DNA of 64,000 nucleotides from Octopus vulgaris (lineage: Eukaryota): NCBI GenBank assembly GCA_951406725.2, contig OX597815.1:138260001-138324000 (forward strand), in the 5' to 3' direction. A program made the position numbers and the translations under genes. The notes beneath the pieces were generated by a model. It was given only the letters and a program-made list of their open reading frames with translations, ran no database searches and was not told the origin of the DNA. How positions within the stretch are numbered: the first letter of the stretch is position 1; each line of letters opens with the position of its first letter. Shown here one piece after another: positions 39,726-50,682 of the stretch.

Positions 39726-41523
39726 ATGTCGATGCTGTATTTCTTCGGTCAGCAAGTGACTTTACGATTTATTTTTCTAGTATTACTGAAATTCACAATT
39801 TTGCAACTTAAATTTTAAATTAGCATTTAAAGTTAATTTCAATTATTTCATCTCTTCACAAACCTTTTTCAAGTAATATATTTCTCGATATTTTTACCTT
39901 TTATTGCTAACTCTCTTGAATTAATTTCTATACTTTCCCTATTTCTATATTCTGTTTATATAAACAGAAGTATTTATTAAAAATTTCACATTTTGCTTTT
40001 TTGCTGATGACAACATCTCAGCAATTATTGATATTCGGCACATCAGATTTTTCAAGCCGTTAATATTATAAGTATATATTTACTTGAATATATACAATAT
40101 GATTTTATTTTCTTGCTAGTTTTTGTTTTAGCCACCATTAGGTTTCATCATTTGTCAAAATATGAATTCATTTCATTTTTAACGAACTTCTAAACACTTG
40201 TAGAGAAAACAGTGTTTCCATTACATTTGCGATATATTAATTCCTATAATTATTACCACGCCCCCTCTCTCCCTTTCTCTCTCTCACTCATTCACTCTTC
40301 CTCATTTTATACACATACACACACACATATTTACACTCATACATATGTGTATGTAATTCATTATATACTTACGTGTGTGTGTGTGTACATATATATATAT
40401 ATATATGTATAATATAATTTGTATGAGACTGTTGGCATGATCAATATAGTTTTGAAGGAAACGTTACGACTATAATTGGGTGAATAATTGCGTTCAAAAA
40501 TTACTATTATTATTTTATATATAAAACAAAATAGATCCTGGTTATTTCATTTGCATTTAAATATATTCTACATCCATAGATTCATTGTGCGGCGCTGTAA
40601 TTTAGTAATACATTTCTCAATAGAAAATCTTGGAAAGAAATGTAATGTTTCCGTCAATGATAAAGAATTATTGAATTGAGAAATTCATTATAAATGTGAT
40701 TTACGAGTGAATTTATCTCTGTTGATGTTGGGATAAATAGTTCAATTAAAGTAGCTAATTTCACTTGCTCTAAGACGCCTTCTATTGATTTTAACTTGAA
40801 GTGTAGAAAGTGGAAAATTAACGTTCTTTGTGTATTTTAGTGAAGCGTATCTTTTTTTCTTTTAAATAATTTTTGTCAGTTATCTTTTAATTGATCTAAA
40901 AAGCTGGATATGTAGATTGCTTTTGAAGTATTGGAAAGAAATGTTACCCTCCTGAATATATTCATTGACAATATTCAACATGGGATTTTTCTTTAAAATT
41001 CCATTGTTTTCCATATAAAATTTGTATTTTGTAAAGATTTAACGTTCCACTTTATCAAGCATCACCATATAGCATATACTTTACGATTAGGTTTTGAGAA
41101 TACAATTTGTTATTTAATTTTCAGTCCTATTTTTGAATTTTTTTCTTTAGAAAGTTATAGTCATCAAATTCATTGTGAAAAGAGCCTAATTAATTTATTC
41201 ATCAACTTTGGAGAAAATGAAACAGATGTGCTTTAGAAAAACAACTTTCAAGTCTAACGAATTTCTTTTCATCTTGTTCCAATTATTTATGCTTTAATTA
41301 AATTAAACATACATATTGATACTAGCAGACAAGATATACTAATATATTTTATTTCTACAAAATGTTCACAAGCTGAAATCCATAAAGTTATAAAATAATC
41401 CCCCCCCCCCCCGATTATTAATTATTAAACATTTTATGAAGCACAAATGTGAATATTTATGTACTATATAATTGAAAGATAATTTATTTCCTCAGATAAT
41501 GATCTCTCTTCAAATAATATATA

Positions 41524-41814
41524 CAGGGAGTGGTGAATATATTGTCGTCTAAATTACACAAAAAAGAAAATAACAGTGACATCTCATTTTAACAGATATA
41601 TTTACCAAAATTGCATAAAAATATCTTGAAATACTAAAGGGTAAATTTATTCAATAGAATCGCTCTTGGATTCAACCACAGCCTCCAGACGATTTCGGTA
41701 TCTCCTGCAACTTTTCTGGACGGTCTCCTTGTTTACATTGATCAATGCTGCTATAATCCTTGCCTTCAATTAATCTTTGGTATTACAAGTTTAGCGGGTC
41801 TCTCACTCAACTGT
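41524..41814 (-). mobile_element. Tc1/mariner maT (DD37D)-like transposon 3' end
   Basis: TA|CAGGG terminus; translation CNTKD*LKARIIAALINVNKETVQKSCRRYRNRLEAVVESKSDSIE*. Confidence 0.8.
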
Positions 41815-41983
41815 AACATAACTTAATTTGCCATTACTATCATTACATTCAAGTATGAAATCGATATTTTTTCTACTTCAATTATTAGATATTTTCCTTT
41901 TATAAAATACACACATGCAGGGGATTTAAATTCTATGTATAATAATACTTTGAATGTGGCTCCCGAGAAACAGTAAGAGTAAT

Positions 41984-42014
41984 TACCCGATCAACGACGG
42001 GTATTACCGCTAGT
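41984..42014 (+). mobile_element. Helitron-type 3' terminus
   Basis: Hairpin TACCCGATCAACGACGGGTA followed after 6 nt by CTAG|T. Confidence 0.65.
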
Positions 42015-42272
42015 ATAGACTAAATTAGAGGGAAATTAAGTTTATTGGCTTATTCAACATATCTTACACGAATAAATAAATCTATTATTCAAGGTTGTAG
42101 CTTATAATCGAACTACACGATGAAATCATCAGAGATAATATTAAACAATTTCTTGGTCTAATCTGAATGTAAGTTAAAATAAGGGGTGTGTTCTTCATTA
42201 ATAAGACCCATTTAAGAATGTGTTGAACGTTATGATAAACATGTCTCTGCTCTTATTTTTTATGTATATATT

Positions 42273-42274
<2 letters not shown>

Positions 42275-42304
<30 letters not shown>

Positions 42305-42344
42305 TGTATGTATGTATGTATGTATGTATGTATGTATGTATGTA

Positions 42345-42394
<50 letters not shown>
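42275..42394. repeat. (TATG)n/(TA)n microsatellite
   Basis: Direct inspection. Confidence 0.95.
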
Positions 42395-42510
42395 CACACA
42401 CTGGCCTGCTCACTTAGCCAGCGGGGTGGCGTCGTTCGAAGGCTAAAACAATGCGAACGCATTGTGACCAGCGATGTGTAGCAACATCTGATGGTCTGGT
42501 CGGTCACGTG

Positions 42511-42511
<1 letters not shown>
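42395..42511 (+). mobile_element. Short RTE-related 3' end inserted in a (TA)n tract
   Basis: TGTGACCAGCGATGT..CTGATGGTCTGGTCGGTCA aligns with the 3' end of the 26787-27036 RTE; both encode CDQRC. Confidence 0.75.
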
Positions 42512-42554
<43 letters not shown>

Positions 42555-44024
42555 GCACACATTTAAGGATATACATATTTAGCATTTAGAGTAAATATAT
42601 TTATATACACATATACACACAGAAATATGTATAATGTATATTTATATTTCATTACATATATGCATACATAGTTTATTAGAGGTTCTTTTAAGTTGCAAAC
42701 TTGTAGCAGCTGATTAAAGAAATAAATCAAAATGCTCGGAAACACTAACATCAATATTTTAAATTCATAAATGGACGGAAAATATACAGTGAACACTATC
42801 TATGAAAGCCTTATCTGGAGACATTTAGAACTTGAACTTTTCACCTTTCTGAAAATTAATTTCATAATGCAAGATGAAAGTTGTTTTCATGTAAATACCA
42901 CAAAGACGCTTGCATCAAATAACCCCGTACTAGAATTATTTCACATATACATCTATCAAGGGGAAAATAAATCAACGAAACTAATTTTAATTAAAAGTGT
43001 ATCTTTGACCATATTTACAGATGAGCTATGTAGAGATTAAAGCACAATACTTATTAAATTTATATGACATGTAACCTCTACATTTCAGTGATAACATCAC
43101 CTAAAATGTGTGACATTAATGTTGTTACAAATTTACTCCGAAATGTATTATTTGTGACGCATTAACCCAAGCCTGTAGGCCGTTCCTGTTTTCACCCTCT
43201 CATTATCCATTCTGTGTTATGCGTTCCAGATTGCCTTCTAAACTCTTTACTAAAGCTATTTTCCACCAGGATGGTGGCCTTATCGGATTCTTTTCCTGTT
43301 CAATGTTTTACTATAAACGTTCATTTTATAGAACTTCAAAGTCAATAAAACAGCATAGATCCCATCTATCCGCATTCTCCTGCAAATGTTACGATTGCTG
43401 CCACTTCTTCGATTTATTGATAAATGAATAAAGAAAATATCCATATAAGAGTCAAAGCTTTTCAAAACTCGTTTGAAAACCAATGGTTTTGCCATTTAAG
43501 ATCTAATTCAGTAGTACGGTAATATATTCGATATTATGAACTGAATATTCAGAAAATTTTTTTATTTAGAAAGCAAATATAGTTTCTACAACGTTACAGT
43601 TTCTGTTGAAATATCTCGGAACTCTATTATTCATAAATAATATGAAAAAATATTTTTATCATGAATAGAAGCATTTATAACAAAAATCAAAAATAAACTT
43701 CATTTCGTAAATAAGAAAAATATATGAAGCATTGTCCCTTATCAACTATATTTACTCCTCTCTCGTTGAAATGGGCTCATTATTTATCTGTACGCGGTTT
43801 GTTATAAATATGCCTCAGGTCGTTATTGTGACTGAATGAGACGCAAATGACAAACATACTAGAATATAGAGGTTCTGACTTACATTATCAGGAACAATTT
43901 AAATATATCTCTTACTTTACTTCTAAAGCTCTTCAAACTGTATTGTTTGAGTAAGAAATACACGTTATAATTCAAGTCAGTTTAAGCCTACTTACTGTGT
44001 TTATATCTTAACTGAAAACAAGCG

Positions 44025-44430
44025 CACATATATACACACACTTTCTCTTTGTCACACACACATATACATGTATATATCATATATGTGTTTCTATGAACAT
44101 TAATACACTCACGCACAGATATATGTATATATGTAATCTAATGTATAAATAAATAAACGTAATATACATGTGAGTATAGTATATATATATTATATATATA
44201 ATATGTAACATATATATATAATATATATGTTTGTATAGAAATGTAAAAGAATATATGTATACATATATAAGTACGCACACAAACATACACACACATATGT
44301 ATGTATGCATGTATTTAAATGTACTTATAGTTATACCACATATTAAATTATTTATATTTGTATATATATCACATAAATATATATGCATATATATAATATA
44401 TTCACACACACACAGACACTCTCATACACA
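44025..44430. repeat. Degenerate TA/CA low-complexity region
   Basis: Direct inspection. Confidence 0.85.
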
Positions 44431-45544
44431 CGTATTACTATACTTTTTAAACTTTATTATGTTAAACTCCATTATCCTAAGAAAGTGTGTTATATAGAAC
44501 ACTTTTTAACATTTCAATTTCATGTAAATATATATGAAAATAATTTAGTCAATAACTTTCCTGAAATTCATATAGAAAATATGCATCAATTATATTGCCT
44601 TTAACAAAGTATTTGTAAAAGAGAAAAGGTCGTAATGAAGTGTATTTTGTATATGCCATAGCTAAACATTAAAAAGAATATGATACGGTATTATTCAGTG
44701 ATGCATGTCAGTCACCATTCTGCTCTATAACGATTTCTTGTTTATGCAGCAAAAAGCAAATAACAAGAGGCGCGTGATAGAGCAGATAAAGTTAAGAGGA
44801 GCACAAGTTCTTGATAATTCTCCAGGCTGTGATGAAATAATTTTGACAAGTTAATTTACTAATTAATTGACTAAAACAGGAATTCGTCATCGAAGAAAAT
44901 CGCACTCGACGGAAAGAAAAGCCAGTAGCGCCGGTAAAGAGCTCCTTCATATGAAGACGTTGTATACGTGACTGCCACTCCTGTGTGAACCACTACAACT
45001 ACAGTAGACGCTACACCACCTTCAGCAGCTGACACAATTTCTTCGAGCGTTGATTCATGGTCTCTCGATACCGATGGATGCCTACTATAAAACTGAAGTG
45101 AAATGTTAAGAGCCCTTATCTTCTCAGTTGTTGGAGAAGTGCTACACAGCAGTCTCAAAATTTGGTAGCGTAATCGTATTTTGGGAACGAAAATAAATTT
45201 TAAATTAGTAGCGTGTAGGTCAGATGGAACTCCATAGCGTACGGTGCGATAGAGTAATCTCACATAAATCCCAGGACGTGAAAGGTGACATTCAGTATAT
45301 GAATAGAAAGTGGAAAGAAGATACATGAGGCAATATCAGATGCATCAGAGCTTGAGATACAGCAACATTTTCAAAATTCTGCGCGCAGGCGCATTTATAG
45401 TAGGCAATAAATACAATGCCGAGCTGAATCTTCGAGAATGCTAAGAACATATTCATAAGATACATATATAGGGTAGCGAATATTTGTTATAAACATCACC
45501 ACCAGTGGTCTAGCATGCATAAATAGTCAATAGACAACATATTC

Positions 45545-45919
45545 ATATTTTAAAATAGTGTACATTTAAACACAAAAGAAAAATTACAACATATAATGAC
45601 GGGACACGTGTTATCTCGTCTCTGAATTATAAGTTAGTTATTGAGGCCGGTTACTGATGAGAATTCGTCTGGTGGATAATATTGTTTTGCTAAATTACCT
45701 ATTTAAGGATGGAAAATAATCTTATTTGCTAAGGAAATTCGAAACCATGGTATAACCGCTAATAAAAATAACAAGGTAAAAGTTTTTATTTTTCATTTAC
45801 TTCGAAAATTGCTATAAAATCGCGGTTTTGGCTGTGTCGGCTGCTATTTTTAGCATGTAAAAATGACCTGGTAAAAGGTAGTTTTCTTTTGTGTTTAAAT
45901 GTACACTATTTTAAAATAT
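45545..45919. mobile_element. 375-bp unit bounded by a perfect 38-bp inverted repeat and carrying a hammerhead (Penelope pLTR/retrozyme-like)
   Basis: ATATTTTAAAATAGTGTACATTTAAACACAAAAGAAAA (45545-45582) is the exact reverse complement of 45882-45919. Confidence 0.7.
45648..45758 (+). ncRNA. Type I hammerhead ribozyme motif, intact core
   Basis: Stem I CGGTTA/TAACCG; CTGATGA at 45654-45660; stem II GAATT...AATTC; GAAA at 45741-45744; palindromic stem III ACCATGGT; GUA cleavage triplet at 45750-45752; AATAAA at 45761. Confidence 0.85.
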
Positions 45920-45921
45920 TG

Positions 45922-45998
45922 TATATATATATATATATATATATACACCAACATACACACACACACACACATATATACACATAGATATAGATATAGAT
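45922..45998. repeat. (TA)/(CA) microsatellite
   Basis: Direct inspection. Confidence 0.9.
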
Positions 45999-45999
45999 A

Positions 46000-46996
46000 A
46001 AACATCACTCACAAGCCCTATTGAATCTGGACTAATATGGGCCGATTAATATGGGACTCAGGACAAATATGGTTTCCGTGGTGGCGTCTGTATACTTTAT
46101 TTTATTAGATTTGCCACAAAGGCAGTACATAGAGTAAGGTAGCTTGCGGGATGAACACGGACATTAATGAGATGAATGATAATGATACAAGGATGATAAG
46201 GATGGTAGAAGACGAAGAGCGCCCGCCGACTTTTGCTTCTCTAAAACATTGTTTGTTTTAAAAACACTGAATATGGTATTAACCCACTTACAATTTTGTT
46301 TCACTTTATGGACTAAAAAGTCTATTACAATTATAAACAATTTAATAAGGCGATAAACCTATTACACAAATGAGTCCCCAATCAACTTTCTTGCTTCCTT
46401 CAGGCATTCCTGCAGCCGCAAGTTGGGGGCCCATAAAGAAGATCTATACTCTTCTTTTGAGAAGGAGTCTATTATATAACAGAAGTTCCTTTCTTCTAGT
46501 ACCAGAGCAGCCACCTGCGGAGGTGACTCTGGAATACAAGTCGGGCCTAGCAGGTCCCGACTATTAAAGGAAATTTCTATATAATTCTCTATAGCCCCTC
46601 CCCTGAGATAGAAGATCACATATTCTTCAATATTTCCACTGGGAGGGGCCTTCTCCCCACCTCCGGTGGTGCAAGTCCCACTGAAGGGGTTTCGGGATAT
46701 GCCACCAGTGCACCAGCAACCGCGGGCAATGCTCCGTTTTTCTTCTTCCTTTTTTTCTTTTTCTTTACGACGGAAGGGTGGAGTTCCTCCGTCATGTTCG
46801 GAAGTCCTTCCATCCCTCCCGCCGCCTTCTTTCTTTTCTTCCCTTTTGTTTTCGTCTATATACTTAACCCCTGGGCGGATCACCGGTAGTTGCAGGATTA
46901 CTCATTTTTGCCAGATGAGGGAACTGAAGTAACGTGAAATTAAGTGGTTTGCTCAAGAATCGCTGTTTCAATTCCTGAAACGGGCGACACGTTGTG

Positions 46997-46997
<1 letters not shown>
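46000..46997 (-). other. Unidentified ~1-kb GC-enriched insert with a 173-codon ORF (46883-46362)
   Basis: Higher GC than flanks and bounded by TA tracts; no recognisable domain. Confidence 0.3.
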
Positions 46998-47028
<31 letters not shown>

Positions 47029-47058
47029 GCGAGAATGAAGCAACAAGAATGGATAGGT

Positions 47059-47149
47059 TTTTAGTACAATCGTTTCATACAAGGACAGGTTTTATTAAAA
47101 GTTGCAAAAATTACAGCATATAAACGTGTCCCGTACTCATCAGCTAAAA
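47059..47149 (-). ncRNA. Type I hammerhead ribozyme motif, intact core
   Basis: Minus strand TTTTAG-CTGATGA-GTACGGGACACGTTT...AAACCTGTCCTTGTAT-GAAA-CGATTG-TA-CTAAAA, giving a 6-bp stem I, long stem II, minimal stem III and GUA site. Confidence 0.83.
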
Positions 47150-47554
47150 TACATGTGAGTTCTCTAGACATCCTAGTGGTTGAGGCTATACTCATGAAGT
47201 AATGTAGATAATTAAGTAACATAAACAGATTTCAAAAGTTCATTAAAGTTCTTTAAAGATGATGTACAGTCTTATCACAGAATTTTAAAAAAGGCTTAAT
47301 AGCATCACAGAGAAGGTGACCCAATCCATAGTGCACATATGAATTTCCAGAGATATGATGAGGGATTACATACTCACAGAAAGCAAATTTATCCATTGTT
47401 AATTACAACGAGGTGGGTTTCAATTCCTGCTTATTAGCATTACAGAGAGGGTGAATTAATCCTTTGTATAGATGCACAATTTCCAATGGTGTAGGTGTAA
47501 ATTTCCAAGGAATTTCATATTCACAGGCGATAAATTTATCAATGGTTGAACACA

Positions 47555-47590
<36 letters not shown>

Positions 47591-47594
47591 ATAG

Positions 47595-47795
47595 TCAATT
47601 CAAAGAACAAACAATTAAAAACAGATAAAAAGGAAAAAAAAAGCAGCGTGAGGATATACACAAGAAATATGTTAATTTGCCGCTCGGTGAAAGGAAAAAG
47701 CTGTTAACGTTTCGAGCATAGATCTTCGTCGGAAAGAGAAACGTCCAAAGAAAAAGAAGGCAAAATAAAGAAAAATCGCCAACAATCCAGGTATA
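47595..47795 (-). mobile_element. Penelope pLTR-like repeat with degenerate minimal hammerhead (47704-47735)
   Basis: CCGACGA-AGATCTATGCTC-GAAACGTTA; one core substitution, stem I not evident. Confidence 0.5.
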
Positions 47796-47796
47796 A

Positions 47797-47849
<53 letters not shown>

Positions 47850-47866
47850 GTTTAGGATAATCAGTG

Positions 47867-47971
47867 AGTTGTCATATTAGGACTCAGAGTTTCAAATGCC
47901 GGATGCCGGAGCTAAGAGCATACGTGCATTCTCATCGGCTATTTGAAACTCTGAGTCCTATTATGACAACT
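47867..47971. mobile_element. Short palindromic MITE-like element
   Basis: 31-bp arm AGTTGTCATATTAGGACTCAGAGTTTCAAAT pairs with ATTTGAAACTCTGAGTCCTATTATGACAACT (1 mismatch). Confidence 0.7.
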
Positions 47972-48084
47972 TACCTAATATCGAGTGCTCATTCTTTTGT
48001 TGTCATTTTTTATGATATATAATTGTTAAAGAGGACAACATTATGGCAAAGCAAACATCTCAAGTCGTTTACAATATTATTATA

Positions 48085-48288
48085 GGAAAGAATTCAAAGT
48101 TTTACAGCTGCTCCTGGTATATCCCCATGTAGGGGCTATTCTGCCACCAGAGAGAAATAGGGGAAAATGAGAATGGCATATATTAATAAGATGACGACGT
48201 AGAGGAAGGGAGTGAAGGAATAAGGAGATGGAGAGAGAGAAGAGAAAAGAGAATCGTTTAGATAACCCGTGAACTAAACTCCATACTT
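48085..48288 (-). mobile_element. Repeat fragment with a degenerate hammerhead-like motif (48100-48155)
   Basis: CTGGTGG...CCCC-TACAT-GGGG...GGAG-CAGCTG-TA has hammerhead layout with the core As replaced by G. Confidence 0.35.
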
Positions 48289-48289
<1 letters not shown>

Positions 48290-48356
<67 letters not shown>

Positions 48357-48380
48357 CATATGTGTGTGTGTGTGTGTGTG
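48290..48380. repeat. (TA)n(TG)n microsatellite
   Basis: Direct inspection. Confidence 0.95.
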
Positions 48381-48969
48381 GTTATGCTTGTGTCTGTGTG
48401 TGCGTGCATTTTACAGATGGTATCCAGATATTCTCCGTATAGAAGACAGTAGTGCTCAAAAGATTCAAACTTCAACTCTGATATCTTTACAAAGGATCGA
48501 TTCCACAAAGTAAAGAAAGGCCATAAGAGGGATCAAGTTGAGCGGATATAGAAGTAATTATGCAGGTAAAGGAATAATTTAATATATTAAGTATAATAGT
48601 TTGGGTATGAACTACAAAATATGTATATATTTATACATGTAAAACGAGAGAAAGCAAAAGGTGGAAACTTTTAAATGATAAATTTTCAAGATATTTATAT
48701 CAATAGGTCCAATGAAACATCTGTTCGACTTCTAACACATTTATTCCATTACTTCAATTTTCTCTGTCGTTCGCACTCTATGTAAGTTGGACCTATTAAT
48801 GCAAATATCTATATTTATATTTAAAAATTCATAATCTGAAAGTTTACACCTTTTGCTTTCTCTCGTTGTGCATGTATACATATATACATATTTCGTATTT
48901 CGTATTCATACCTAATCTATTATATTTAATATGTTTAGTGTATCTAATTTGTTTATCCGCATAATTGCT

Positions 48970-49085
48970 TGTATGTATGTATGTATGTATGTATGTATGT
49001 ATGTATGTATGTATGTATGTATGTATGTATGTATGTATGTATGTATGTATGTATGTATGTATGTATGTGTGCGTGCGTGTGTGCA
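48970..49085. repeat. (GTAT)n microsatellite
   Basis: Direct inspection. Confidence 0.97.
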
Positions 49086-50539
49086 TGCAAATGTAAGGGA
49101 ATCTGCAGTAGATGTATGCGTATAAAGTATCAATAGTGTATGATGTTACGATCTTTGTGCTTTCAGTGAAAGGAAGTTGGGAAAAATAATGAAATACTTT
49201 TATCAATGTGAAGAATCTGTTCTGTTTATTTGATAAAGCAAATGTCAAAACGAGTGCCAAACTGTAAGAGAAGTTAACTGCAAAATATAATGGCTATCAG
49301 GTCACTTCTCTTTGCTGACTATCTTGTCCACTACCGGTTGTTCTATAGTCGGTAGCTGAGTTATCAGGTGCATATGTTCACATATAGCAGTATGTTAATC
49401 ACTGATTGTTTGAGAAAAATTAATTAAATTAATTCAACTGCCAAGCAAATCAGTGAGTACGAATTTATATTTCTGCATACCTAGAAGATAAAGTGTTAGT
49501 TTATATCGGCTACACTTTAATCCTTTATTGTACTAACCTTTCAGCTTTCTATTTGTTATGTGTTCTATTTTTTTTACAACTTTTTTATGTAGATATTCTC
49601 ATTGTTGCCCACTAATTTTTATAGTTGGCACGTATCACAGAGCCACTGAATTTTGGAGTAATTTTTGGACAGTTTATTTTTAGTTGGGATTTAAACCGTA
49701 GTATATCACAAAAGTAACCCCTACAGTAGAAACTGAAACTGAAACAGTATTAAAAGCAACGTTCTAGATGTCTGCTGTATTATTGCTTTCACTATGATAT
49801 TCAGATGTATCCGTATACTTTTATTATTTAGAAATCTTTCCCATAAGTTAGATCGACAGTTTGCGTAGTCTATCCAACTGTATTATTATCTATCAATTGG
49901 ATCTCTACCAGACTGAATATGTATTTTTATATCAGTGCCACTTCACCACATTCAAGTAATTATTCAACAGCTGAATGAGTTAACAAGGAAGATTTTATTC
50001 AATTCCTCAATGTAGCAACACAACCTTGCTACCGACTTGAAATTAAAAGCTCAAGTATTTTAAGTCCTAAACCAAAGTATAGCCGTGACGTGCATCACTT
50101 AATTAAATATGATATTTGATACAATGTGACACTGTACATCAAATACTGAATAAGGCCACCCATAAAATATAAAAAAATAACTTACTGACAAGGTGAAATT
50201 ATTTGCTACTTGGAGTGTGAGGCAGTCTAAGACAAGCAGAATAAATGTGAGTTAGGAATATAACAGTATAGTTTCGTCTCATTATTTAGCAAACGATAGT
50301 ACAACTCTTTACGATTACAACGAAGTGTAAGTAAAATAAAATAGGGAAAATATTGTTACGAGTAAGATGATTTTGTTAATTTAATATCACTTCTACATGA
50401 TAAGGTTAAGATTACTGAAGATATTTCCCTAATAAAGAGCTCTTCTCGAAGCTGGTTGCAATGATAAAAATAACTTGTATTCATTTTTCAAATCTCTTAA
50501 GTTAATCAGTAACTGCGTGACTAAAACACTAGAACTTTA

Positions 50540-50682
<143 letters not shown>

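Noticed and set aside
43200-43420. Possible RTE 3' remnant
   Set aside because: Motif similarity too weak to call
45599-45609. 11-mer ACGGGACACGT shared with stem II of the 47059 hammerhead
   Set aside because: Too short, with no extended homology; likely chance
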